Below are positions 47,836-61,200 of a DNA stretch of 64,000 nt, in pieces. The DNA lies in assembly GCA_023213395.1 (NCBI GenBank), contig CM041465.1:204049741-204113740 (forward strand), read 5' to 3'. Origin of the DNA: Cycas panzhihuaensis (Eukaryota; Plantae; Cycadophyta). Below the pieces are notes generated by a model. It ran no database searches. It had not been told where the DNA came from and saw only the letters and a list, made by a program, of their open reading frames with translations. Both the position numbers and the translations under genes were made by a program. Every line of letters starts with the position of its first letter. Position 1 is the first letter of the stretch.

Positions 47836-49080
47836 AATGCATTCAAGACAAATCTCTGCATTCAAATGAACCTTTCCATATCCTGGCAAAACAAATTAAC
47901 TCAACATCTAAATGAGTTCGACTTAAAGAGGAATTGTTGTAATCACAGATCATCAACAAAAGGAAAAATGGATAAACCATTTTTAATTAACTATTGGTTT
48001 TATAACAATTTTTGTTCAAGAAAAGAAGTTGAGTAGCTTAAAACTCCTACAAAATGGTGGAGAAAACAAAATGACTGGAAAAGAGAAATTGAATAAAAAA
48101 GGAGAAGATACCCAGGGCATTCTGCTCTCAATCTCCAGTGAAAGTCACCACAAGCATATTAAAGAAATGCTACAGCTCTAAGTTAGATCAAAGGTAGAAA
48201 GAACTAAAGGTCCGAGAAATGTTTGGAATGGCATGGCCCCAGTCAGACGAGACTTAAGATCAAAATGGAAGAATTGCATCTATGTAGTGTTGATATGCTT
48301 ACCAAGTATGATCAAGTGGCTTAATTTTTATGGGGGAAACACCAAATGCACAGCATTCCTAACTGTGGTGCCAAGTTTACGAGAGGATTTTGAGAGTACT
48401 TCATCTATGTTCAGCATGAGATCTAATTGGGTCTGAGAAGTTGTGTCTGATTGAGTTTGAGTTTTGAAGGATAAAAGCAATATGCCTTCATTGTGCTCGA
48501 GTAATCTCTCTTCAGAATGCGTTCCAAGTTCTCATTCTATCCCTTCCCTTAAGTCCCTTTAGATAAATACCCCTCCCAGAACTTTGACGTAACAACACAT
48601 ATCATATTTTTGTCCATTTTGGGCATAGTGTGGTGATTGACCTCACATAGTTGGGGATTGGTGGCAAGCTGGTTCTGTGTTTCCAGCTGTCAAAGGCTGC
48701 CTTCAACAAGCTCAAACAACCTTTTCTAGCCACTAAATTCATGAATCATTTGAAATCCAGATTGCAGATACCATAGCCTCTTTACCATTCCTAAAGAATG
48801 GTGTTTTGAAAGTTTGTTGATTTACCATGGAGGACCCCAACAAAAATATGTTGCCCAAATACTAGACCAGCCAATTAAACTTTCAAAGATTCATAAGAGA
48901 TGCTTAGATTCTTTTGCTTTTTTGTTTTCCATGGCTTTGTCCTTTGTGATGTCAAGTAACAGAAATCTCCAGAAGCATAGTTTTCCTTATTTACTTAACA
49001 CTTACAACTAGCAACAATTCATCATGATGTCTTCAAGGCACAATCCAATTTGCACTTTCAATAATAGATGCAATTATCAG

Positions 49081-49296
49081 TTTGTCATGTGACAGTGCAA
49101 TCTCTGTGATTTTCAACAATTCAGTGGATCACTCCCAGTGCAAGAGAAAACACCCATCAGTTTCCTTCTTTACTTGCATTCATTATTAAAGAGGAAAAAA
49201 TAATAATAACCTAAAGAGCTAGGCAGATTTTCATTATGAGAAGTTGATATGGTTAATATGTTTGTCATGCGACCGTGCAATCTCTGTGATTTTCAA
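49081..49296. repeat. 36-bp direct repeat pair
   Basis: TTTGTCATG(T/C)GAC(A/C)GTGCAATCTCTGTGATTTTCAA at 49081 and 49261. Confidence 0.75.
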
Positions 49297-49375
49297 TGTT
49301 CTCTTTAATGTAAAAGAAAAATGTCTGTCAATTGACCTCCCTATTGACACGCCAATTCATGCCATAATACACTTA

Positions 49376-51933
49376 TGTTACAAACCAAAAATTGATCTTA
49401 AAAATGGTTAAGATTCAAGAAAAGGCTTAAAAAGCCAAATGAATCTTATTGGTAGAGTGCACAATTGGGTGTATGGAGATCCAGACAGACATCCTCCTCT
49501 AACTCTATCCTTGAAAACCCAGAGAGGAGACCCTCAAGGAAATTATCCTATGTAAATGTATGTTGGGGGAAGAGGAACTTTATCATTTGTTGTCTCCAGC
49601 ATATTCGATGAAGGAGAAGAGGAAGGAGCTAAGAGCCCAAATCAAGTGACGAGGCTGAAGTAGCCACACCAAGCCACGAGTCACCAAGTAAATTCAGTCA
49701 ACATGAGGAAAGTGTATCAATGCAAGAGACTGAAGGTAAGTACCTGATAATCTGCCTACAAAATTCAGAGAGTCATTTAGTTACTTTAATTTAATTTTCT
49801 GAGTTTTGTTCATGACCCAAAACTGCCCTAGAAGAGTCATACACTGTGTATACAATTGTACCACCCCAAAAAGGGGTGTATAGCTTCCCCATGTTGTACG
49901 GCCCTGTGGCAGGCTGTACAGGTCTGCAATAGACCATGCAGCCCTGTTGTATGTAGCGTTCCTTTCTACAGTCTGGCCGACTTTCAAGACTGTTTTGGCC
50001 AAACTCTTTTCTTTCTTCTGGTCAATTTCTTTCTTCCCTCTTAACTGAAATCCCTGGTATCTTTATATCTGCCTATTTATAAGGCTATTCGGCTTTGTTC
50101 TAGGGCATTTGGAGGAATTGGAATATGCCATATTTTCGGCCTTAAGGGCAGTAACTTGGAGGTCACCTCACCTCGAACAGGGAGCCAGATTCACATGTTC
50201 ATATCCTGTCAAGTCTTTGGCAATTATATATATTATTTTACTTGACATTTCAATTTATTTTCTGAACTATTCAACAGTAGTTTTTGTACAATTTTCTTTT
50301 CTCTAGATAAATTGCTTAAATTAGCCTTCAGGTGGCTCTAGCACATAAAGATTTAGTAGCATTTAAGGTGTGAATCCCTATGGGATTCACACAAGTGGTA
50401 TCAGAGCCTCGTTGTTGAGGTATCTTGCAAAGAAATTCAAGTTTAGTAGTCATTATCGGAGCAACCAAACAGAAACAAAGGGCCAAAAAAAAATTTCCCC
50501 CTATTTTTCCTTATAACAGAGTTGAGATTAGGGAAGACACCCATAGCCAACAAAATGGTGAACCAACCATCCATAACCATTGAAGATGTAAACAAAAGAG
50601 TAGATAACATAACCAATGACATAGCCTACATGGAAAAAACTACAACTAGGATCAAAAAAATGCTCCATGCATCCCAAAAGAGGAAACAATAATTCAAAGA
50701 TGAGTAAGGAACAACAAACGAGGAAGGAGATGTATACCAAGAGAAAGACTAAGAGGAATGGCAATTCGAACCAAGCAAGGGTCTCAAAGGTACCAAATTT
50801 TTTCTTGAAAAATTTGACCCTGATAAATCAAGGGACTCCACAATTCGATCATATAGATGGCAATCCATTTCTAGACAAAAGCATTATCAAGCAAAGAACA
50901 AATTCTAGTGGCATCCCTCCACTTATATGAAAAGGCACTCAGGTGGTTCCATTGGTGAAGAAAATTCTATGGAGGAACAAAGAATGGCAATTGGATCTTT
51001 CTAAAAAAATGCCTTATAGAACAATATGAAGACACTTGGAATATCGACTACTTCGCCCACTTGATGCGCTTACAACAAACTAGTTCGATTTAGTCTTACA
51101 CCAAAAAATTTCAAACACTACATAGCTTGGTCAACCACAAAATTGTAGAAGAATTACTCATCCAAGCTTATGTTGCAAGGCTCAGAGGAAATATCAAATA
51201 TCGCCTAAAAACAATTAGAGCAATCACCTTAAGTGAAACTATATTCCATGCTAATAATGTGAAAACCAAGTACAAAAAAGGAAGACATAACTTTACCCAT
51301 CAAAGTGAACTTCCCTGCCACCAAGGCCAAATTTTCCAACCAAATTGAAACAGATTAGGAACAAAAGAGGAGGCCCCAATTACCAAAGAAAATGAAAAAG
51401 GATCAACTAGGAATAAAATCTCAAAAGTAGAGCATCTTAAGAAAGGGACTTGTTTCAAATGTGGGGGTAAATGGAACCATAACCACAAATGTCCCTCAAA
51501 GAAGGTACTCATGATCAACAATGAGGGCATAGACATTTTGGACAAAATGGAGGAAGAACCATTAGATACTCATGGCAATGGAGAGATTGAAGAATTTCTC
51601 AACACTGATATCAAAAATGTCCAGATATCCTTACAGGCAATTATAGGAGAAGTCCACACCCCACAAATACTACGTTTTTAGGGAACAATCAAGGGAGCTA
51701 AAATTGCAATCCTGGTCGATAGCAACAACACACACAAATTCATCAACAAACTGATAGAAAAAAAACTGGGTTTAACCATCCAAGCCCTTAACGCATTCCA
51801 AATTGCTATCGCTAATGGTAAAACCATGACATGTGGAGGTTATTGCCCAAAGGTGAATCTCCAAATTGCACATTACTCCATGAATACATGCATGTTTGCC
51901 ATGCCAATAGGAGGAGTTGATGTTGTCTTGGTA
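49376..51933 (+). mobile_element. 5' part of chromovirus-like Ty3/Gypsy element G, interrupted by element E
   Basis: LTR ends ...GGATTCACACA at 50393 (start at 49376 tentative). PBS TGGTATCAGAGC 50396-50407. Degenerate gag with CFKCGGKWNHNHKC; protease ILVDSNNTHKFI...PIGGVDVVL broken at ~51933. Confidence 0.75.
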
Positions 51934-54900
51934 TGTGATTCTACTTATCTGCATTGTCTCTATGCATAACACCAATAAGCAAGGACAAGTAAAATCAAAC
52001 ATGTATTCCTAGTCGGTCTCTATCATACAACAAACTTGCAAATGACATACACCAATCCACCAAGATGAACACAAACCATAATCATTGCATTAATAACAGG
52101 TTGCGTCTGGTCCTCTCATAACCAGACAAGGACTCAGAATAGTACACAAGATCATGATTGATATAGTACAACAAAACTTTGGTTACAATCTGTACAGTAA
52201 CGTGGTGCTATGTATTCTTCAACAATTACTCACACACATGCCACTACATTTTACAAAACCCATTTCATATTTATATTCTATTCTGCAACTGTCAAATACT
52301 CAAAGGGTTATGGCTCTGCAATTTGTTGCAACCACTTCCAACCATAGAATGCTGACTTCCAATTGCTTGACCAAGTGCTAATTTGACTACTTTCCATTTA
52401 CACATCTTTCATCCATGTTGCAACTATTTGGTTGCAGCTGTCTTCCTTTGTTTTAAACGGCCTTTCATTATTTCGCAACCAACATATTCCCACAGCACAC
52501 ATCTCCCCCGTCACTATTCTTATGAGTTCCCCCACTCATAAAATTTTTCAGCTCCATTCCTTACCCCACTAAAATTTTTGAAAACTATTGTCGTCGCCTA
52601 ATCTCCGTCATTGCTCGGTGAACAGTCTGAGGGTCGGGTCGACGTACCATGCTGGGTAGAGAAATCTCGTGCTTCCTACAATGATCATACAAAATCCCAA
52701 CATTCTGCAATGCTTCTAGTTGGGCCATTGTAGGCTTTTCCCCTGAATGAAGTTGCTCAATTTCCTCCTGCAATGCATTATTCCTTAACTGATCCAAATC
52801 TAACTATCTCCATAGTGAAGAAATCATAGTCCAAAACTAATTAGCATGAACAGCATAATGCTGTGTCTACAAAATCCAACCCCCCAGCCTGTATATTACC
52901 TTTTCCAATCCTGGTGGAATTTGGTCACCAAATTGGCCCTAAAAATTTTTCACCTAATGATCGACTCTTGATACATCCCTCACCCAATGCATAATGAATT
53001 TTGTTAAAAGCTCCAGCTTAGCTTCACACGCTACCAGTTGGTTTTCTGCATTCTGAATTTGTTGCATATCAAGAGGTGGGTGCTTAATCCGAGTCTCTAA
53101 TTCCGTAACCAATTGTCGAATGACTTTATCCAAGAAGGAATTTTTCCAGTGCGCCACATTATGTGGTTTACACTCCATGGGATCTATTCCCTCGTCCAAA
53201 ACTTCCTCATTAAAATCAAAATCCACATAGGTTGGTTGGTTGGTTAGGATTCTTATTATTTCTTCCTTTCTTTTCTGGTGAGTTCTTTTCAATGTGATCC
53301 AAAAGGATCTTTTGTGGTGGGTTTTTTCCCAGAAGGGTTTTCCCACATAAATCCTATGTACTGTGCATCTGTATTCTGTGTGTATTTTTGTTTGCTTGCT
53401 ATGTATGGTTAAAGATTTTGCAGATGGGAACATACCTGTATGCTTTCATGTTCCCGAACAACATGCATCACAAGACTTCACCCATTTATTTGCATCTTCA
53501 AATAACGTTGGCCACCACAATCCTATCAATAAAATTTTACGTGTAGTACTCTCTACGACATGGTGATTTGTTGCAACCCCTTCATGGGCTTCCCTTAATA
53601 TTAGTTCAACTTCATGTTCTAAAATATAGTGACATAAAACTTCATCTGATCCTAATTTATATAGCATTCCGTGAACCAATTGAAAAGGGAAAGCTTTTTT
53701 TACAAAACTCCTTTACTCTACTCGATCTAGTGCTATTGGTGTTTGTCTTGTTATTAGGTACTCTGTTGTCCCCTCATACCAGGTTGGTACTGCCTCAATT
53801 GCAAACAACTTGCTATCTAAAAAATCATCTTGCACACCAGTTGTTGCTTCACCGCCCATTGTGCGAGATAGCTAATCTAGAATGATATGTTTTTCTCCCT
53901 TCTTTACTATGATCTTGAATGTGAATTCTTGGAACAACATTAACCAATGATTGATTCGTCATTGCAATATAGGCTTGTTGATCAGGTATTGCAAAGCCCG
54001 ATGATCCATAGAAAAGATAAATGGGTTTGCTAGCAACTAATGCTTGAACTTCTAGAAGGCATATACCATCCCCAACCCCTCTCTTTTAGTGACAATAATT
54101 CTACTCTACTTGTGTATGTTTTTTGCTTGCAAAATACATAGCATGATCAATATTGTTGTCTCTTGGTTGTGTTAACACACATCCAATTGCATAAAGTAAC
54201 ACATCCACATGGACATGGAAAGGTTTTTCCCAATTAGGAAACCTCAACAATGGTGTTTGGTTGATTTTCTTTTTCAATAAATCAAAAGCCAACTGATGTT
54301 TTAAAGTCCATTGCCATGTCACCTTCTTTTTAAGTAATGGTTCCAAGCAATTTGTGATTTGAGCATATTTCCTAATAAATTTATGATTGTAACCAATTAT
54401 ACCTAAAAAACCTTTGAAATTCTTTACTATCTAGGTATTGGAAATTTCAAAATTATTACTACCTTTGTTGGATCCATGAGTAGTCCTTCCTTAGTTACCA
54501 CATGTCCTAATAATGAGCCAAAGGGTACCATAAAGGCACATTTGTCTAGATTTAAACACAAATTGCTTGTCCTATAAATTTCCAACATTAACCTCAAATT
54601 ACTTAAATGATTTTTGAAAAGAGTGTATAGGGTCCAATCATCCAAAAAGACAATTGTTTTTCCTATAATTTCTTAAAAGAGATTTAGGATCACCCTTTGG
54701 ACAGTGGCTAGTGCATTTGTCAAACCAAAGGGCATCACACGATAGGCATAAGTTCCCCATTCTGTCATGAAAGTTGTCTTCAACTGGTCCTCTAAAGTGA
54801 TCCACACCTGATTATATCCATTAAAGGCATCAATGAATGAAAAAATTTCATGTCCTACCACCTTCTCTAGGACATCTCGGTGACGGGAATAGGAAATGGA

Positions 54901-57900
54901 TCTTGTTTGTAGCCTTATTCGAGCTCTATAATCTACACAAACATGTAGTTACCCATTTTTCTTGGGAACAACTACTACTGAGCTCATCCATTCACTGTTC
55001 TCTACTTCAAAAATATATCTAACTTTGAATCATTTGTCTAGTTTCGCCTTGACCCTATCTTTATATTTGGGATTCATTCTATATGGCCATTGCCCGATTG
55101 GCTTTGCCTCTTCAATCAATTCAATCTTGTGCTTTCCCAATGCAGCTAGAATTCCTTTTAGATCCTTATCGAACCATGCAAAAACACCCTTATACTCTAT
55201 AGAAAAGGTTGTGGCTTCATTAATAGTTTCTTCATCCCAATAGTCACCCATGGTGACATACTTGGGTTGTTCTTTCATACCAATATTGATTTTTTGAGGT
55301 TTCAAATCTTTTCGTTTGACTGCTTTTCCGTCTACTTGCATCTCATAAGCCAGCGTCTAGTCTATTGTCCTATCTCCATATTCTACAATAGAATATCTAG
55401 GAGGAAAATTATGCAAATTCTCTTGGCTTCCTTTATCTAATAGAGGTTCTAGTTCCCGTCCTTGTCCATCTACTTCAATTGTTTTTGCATTGAAGCATCC
55501 CAACATTTGAATTGTCATCTTTTCTTTCAATGCAAAAATAACTATTTGTATCTAAGGATCTCGACTATAATAAGAAAAAGTTAACGCAAAATTCTTTTGT
55601 CAATTCATTGCAATCCACCATATGTGACTTTTCACAATGATGATACCAACTTTTATTGATATCTGGAAAGGCAAGGGCCCAATGATGAGTCCATTCTTGT
55701 TATTGAATATTTTTATCTTTCCAAATTTTTACACAATTTGAAAGATGTTTGCTTGGATAATCCCCGTTATGAAATTTATGAAATTCATTATTTTCATCTT
55801 GAAATCTAATCTTAAATCTAATTTTCATCATAGCCCAATTGTGTAATTGTGCGTAATGTGCATTATACCAAGCAAATGCCTGCCTAGTTAAAGATAAGGG
55901 AAAAATGTATACCCAAAATTCTTCTTGCCATTGATTGTCTTTTAAAATTTTTATGCACTATGTTTTTTGCAATTACCCTTTTCCCCAAAATTGTGGCAAC
56001 TTTTCAAGAACTTCAGTAAATAGTTTTAGGTCACCTTGTACAACTTGTAACCTTTGTACCTCATGTTGATCTATTGGCTTTGATTCTTCTTTGCTCAAAC
56101 TTTGTGTGTCTTTCAACAATTATGCAATGTTGATTACAGATATCATTATTTGTTGTTCTTCTCGTTTTACTAAAAAATCAACTTCTTCACCTTCTAAGGA
56201 TGAATCTGGGCACATTTTAAAATGATAACAACTTGTTGGTTCAATGCCTTCCCATGCATTCTACAACCAATTCAACACATATGTCGAGGATGAATCACTT
56301 GGCAAGGATCGTGGCGTAGTTTGTGCTTAATATGTTGTCTCCAAATAAAGACTCGCAGTTGGTCCACTTTCTATCGTGGTCAAGGAAGCCTTGCCTTCGT
56401 CTTTGATCCTCTCAATATTAGGTCCATCTGAGCACAAAGGTAGAGTGATCGATCGTCCTTTTGATGAAAGTGTGAACATACATTTTCCCCAATCTAGGAT
56501 TGCTTTAGTAGCTAGCAACCATGGTCTCCCAACCAATGTCAAATATGTCTTTTTATGGTTTTCCATGCACACAACAACAAAATCCAATATTCTTGCCACT
56601 ATTACAAGTATGTTCATTAACACACCCATTGATCTTACTTGTAATTGATTTGCCAACCTTATGGAATAATCTAGGGCAACCACTTGCAACCTTCATAGTG
56701 ATATCCAAGAGGTCTCAAGTAGGACATTAACTCCAAATCCACCATCCAATATGGTTTTGCAAATACTAGTACCAAGGGTAGCCATTGGTACACAAGGATC
56801 AACAACATCACATTTTAAAGCTCTCAACACTGGCTTCTCAATTTGATCGAAGACAATTTGCTGAAAATATCCAGCCTCTCTCCACTTGAAAACTGTCACA
56901 ATTAGGATAGTGACTCCCAATTTTGTCAGTAAATCCTTGGTTGGTTGTAGTCTTTGCCACGGATTCAACCCTTGCATTGCATCTTTTACCACTTCTCCTT
57001 CTCACCAAGGTCCCTGAAAGCTTGTTCTTCTTTTGTATGCTTACCCTCTAAATCAACTAGCTTGCTATAATTCTTGTTGCTATACTACATCCACCGCATC
57101 CTCCAATGCTTTGTCTACCTATTGGAGTCTTTCTTTTTCAACTATTGGCTTTGGAAAACTTCTTGCTATGGGAGTTATTAGGATCTTCCTACTCCATGTC
57201 TACAAATATGATATTATTTCCTTAGCAACAATTTTCATCACCAAGTTGGAATTCTATACCTACGCATTGGTAATTTTTGGGTAGCTTATCCACTCATGGT
57301 TGAATGGTCCACACTCTTCACAAATGTTCTCCCCTCCTTTTTTCTCCAAGGGATAATCCAATTAAAAATGTCCCCATCTTTGGCACAAATGGCACTAAAT
57401 GGGCTTCATTTTTCCTTAATATTATTTGAATGATTTTCAGTCCATCTTTTGATAGAATGAATCTTGAATATCAAGTCCACGTCCTTGTCTTCTAGATAAT
57501 TGTCAACAATAACACTCCCAAGTGTTATGATTATTTCTTTGACAAATTTCACACCACTTTCCCATTAGTGCTCCCTAATGTTCATTATGAATATGGCCTT
57601 GTTGGGTGCATGGTGGGGAACACCATACATTCTCCCTTGGTCTTTCTAGGCAAAGGCATGCCAATTCTATCTGCAATCGCTCTATCTCTTCATTTTGCTA
57701 CAATCCTGTTGGAATTGAAATAGGTGGTTGTTATTTTAAGGCCTCAATTTCTCATCTCAGAGTTTCCAACTTTGGATTTGACCTCATCTATGGTGTATAT
57801 TGGGAATTAAATCTTGTCTGTGATGTCTGTTGAAAGTGCAATCCTTTTTGAGGATTTGATCTCATCTGGGGATTGGCTTCTTACTAAAAATTTGATGCTT

Positions 57901-58209
57901 GTTGTTGCAAATTAGCTCCAACCTATGATGCTTGCTAGAAACTGGATCCAAATTGAAAGTTAGGCCCCATCCAAAATGCAGGTTGCAGGTATGTTGTCTT
58001 CATTTAATTTTCAAATTTCAAAGCTAACTCCTGCACTTGCTCATAGCTACTCAATGGGTGCAAGGACACTTTTTCCCTCAATTGAGGAACTAACCCTCAA
58101 ACAAAATATTTCAAAGCTAGCATAGGATTGATTGGAGTTGTTGAATCCATTTTATTAATAATTATTTGCATGCGTCCATCAAAATCACTTACTAATTCTC
58201 CTTGAAATT
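51934..58209 (-). mobile_element. Degenerate Athila-like Gypsy element E (relative of A/B), gag interrupted by element F
   Basis: 3' LTR 51934-52404 (rc start TGTGTAAATGGAAAGTAG). ORF3 remnant 52585-53433; INT/RH/RT 53446-55341; protease 56327-56992; zinc knuckles and capsid to 58209. All are homologous to A/B. Confidence 0.88.
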
Positions 58210-61200
58210 TGTTACGGTCAAAATCAACACCTGTGTGCCCAAAGGTAGGAACTTATGGTCAATTGGGGTTTAATACAACTAATAAATGTAGAAGAACCAT
58301 TCAACAAGCGTTCAGGATGAAGAACGTACATGAAACCAATAAATAAAGCAAGTAGAACACTGTGCATTCCGTCATAGTGTTGCATTATAGAGATAGAACA
58401 CATGCAACACAGTTAAGGAATGCACAGGGAATGGTTGCCGAACGGACAAAGCAGAAAGGAGTCACGTGGATCAAACAGTATGGATGCATGTGTGGACTAA
58501 CTAAACAATAGAATGGTTTAACCTAGATTTTGTTATGAAGAAGTATGCATTAAGAGAAAGGGACAGTTGTGGCTCTTGGTCACAATCGTTCCTCAACAGG
58601 GACGCACAGCCTATTTAAATGTGTCCAATCAATCAGATTGATGTGAGAGCCAAGTAAAGTGATCTAGTGGGCTTGTTCTGGTACGAATAACCATCCCAAC
58701 ATTGTACAAGAAGCATGATATGATGTAAACATTAATTATTGCTTAATGGAATTACAGAGTTACGTGAAACTTATGCATATGGATGTAATGATGAATGTAT
58801 GATATTCTATTGTGTTTGTGATTATATTGTGGACTTATGAGGCATAATATAGTACATGAATGTGTATGTTGACCATAAGCACACCCCAGACTATAGTAGA
58901 AACCCTGACAAGTGAATGTCTCAGTAGGACAGATATAAAGTCAACATTGGTTCTATTGCCTAAGTCTACTAGCAAAGGGAGAAAGAAGTTGGGAATTTCT
59001 ATGTATAAAGAGCAAGTCACCCTGGTTGTTGCAGTGATGGCAGGCTCTAACTAAGCCTCGATAGCTAGGGAACCTTCCAATGTCACCTACACAACCTTCC
59101 AAGGTGGAGGAGTCACATACAAAACCTTAAGAGTATAGTAGAGTTGAGTAGACAGAGAGCTTTAAGATGGTCTAAGGAGAAAAAATTAAAGAGACCAAGG
59201 AGATTATGTATAGGAAAAAGGGAAGCCCAAATAGAATCAGTGGAAGGATCTAAGGCAAGTGGCACCTAAACACCATGGAATACAAAAAACGAAGGCCAAG
59301 GAGAGTCGATGACAATCACACCTACTCCAAAGAAGTATTACAAACTCAATAAAGAGGAAGATATTGAAGAGAAAAGAGAAAAGGATGAAAGAAAAGAAAT
59401 AAACACCCCTAAAAGGGAATTAAGTCTGGACTCTACTCCAAAGGATCTAAGTGACAATGAAGAGAAGGCAGGGGAAGATCCCCAAGCATATTGGGAGAAT
59501 CATTTCATTAGACAATTATTTGACAATCCACCAAAGGGAAATGCAAATCAATCATTTCTAATAACAACCCCAGTAGTAGTAGAAATATCGGGAATACCAG
59601 GAGTCATACAATTAAAAACACCTATTCAAAATCTCCTATTCGGGAAAGGGAACAATGGAGAAGAGACACCACTAAGGGGACCTTATAGAAAGTTTTCAAA
59701 AGGAAAAGAGACAACCCCACTACAAAAATAATCCTATAATGGCATATCATAAAGAATTCGAGAAGCTTATCTTTGATGATTCCACAGATGCAGCGGAGCA
59801 CATATATACCTATTCCAAAGACTGATAAATCTTGAAAAGATTACAAATGAAATAAAAATTAAGGAAATATTTGCTTATTCATTGAGGGGTGTACCACTAG
59901 CTTGGTACAAACAGTTGGATCCACTCAAATCATAGAATGATATAAAAAAGAAATTTGAAGAATGATTCCTGAAATATCGTAATAACGTCATCATAGAGTT
60001 AACATTAAGGGAGATTCAACAGAAGCCAGGGGAGTCAATGATGACATATATAAGTAGAATCAATATGGTAGCATTTGCAATGACAAAAGGTGAGAAAATT
60101 ATGGATCTAAGTAGGAGAACCTTCTTTGTGAATGGTTTAAACACCAAGTTGAGAAATGCAATGGCTTCACATCCATTGAAATCATACCAACATGCTTAAG
60201 AGTTAGCGTTAGACTTCGAAAAGGAGATTGATACAAAGATGATAACATACGATCCCCTTGTCATGAGGCTCTACGAGGAAATAAACAAGTTAAAAACCCT
60301 AAATCTTAATAGACCTCTTTTACAAGAGAAAACTCAGAGGTGGAAGCCTTAAGAAGTTGCAAGGTTAAAATTACAAAAGCACAAATTTTGGGAAAATATG
60401 GAGAAAGAATCAAGCAAACATCGGATTAATGAGGCCCCAATTGAAAACTTGTACCACATTTGTGAGGAAAGCATGCACACCACTAAGGAATGTGAATGTA
60501 ATACTAAGGCAAGAAAATAAAACAACTGGTTCCATATCTGCAATCAAAGCACTCATAACACCAGAGAGTGTTATTTTAACACAAGAGGCATAAATTCCAA
60601 AGGAAGAGGACAAGGAAGAAACAACCCCAATACTAGAACAATCTATACCACTCGTACAAAGCCAGAAATTTTGAAAAAGAAACCTCCATTGGGAAGATGT
60701 TTAGTATGTCTTAAGTATGGACATTGGAAATCAAATTGTCCAGCAGTAAAAATTTAGAAGGAATGCCCATATCTTTGTAAAAATTGTGGGCCAAGCACAC
60801 ATACAACAAATGAATGTAAGGGCAAAGGCAAAGCTCTTAATGAGATGACAATCATACCTAACTCCCCTAAGAATGTGAATCTACAAAATAAAAAGAAAAC
60901 AACAGAAAATTACTACCCTGATCCAAAAGTAGAGATCGACCGTTTTTCCATAGCCAAAAAAGCATTAGAGGAAGATGCCAGGGAAGAAGCAGCCAAAGCT
61001 CTACCATTCGAGAAACTTGAAATTAAACAAGTGTACTGAAAAAAAAATAAAGCAATAGAAAAGAAAGCTTTGGAAAACAACCCATGTGATGTAACTCCAA
61101 AACCAAAGGAACTTCTACAAAAACTTGTGCTAATGGAAGATTTGGTAAAACGATTAAAGCTGACTATTCCCTTGGAAAAAGTGATAGAATGGATTAAAGG

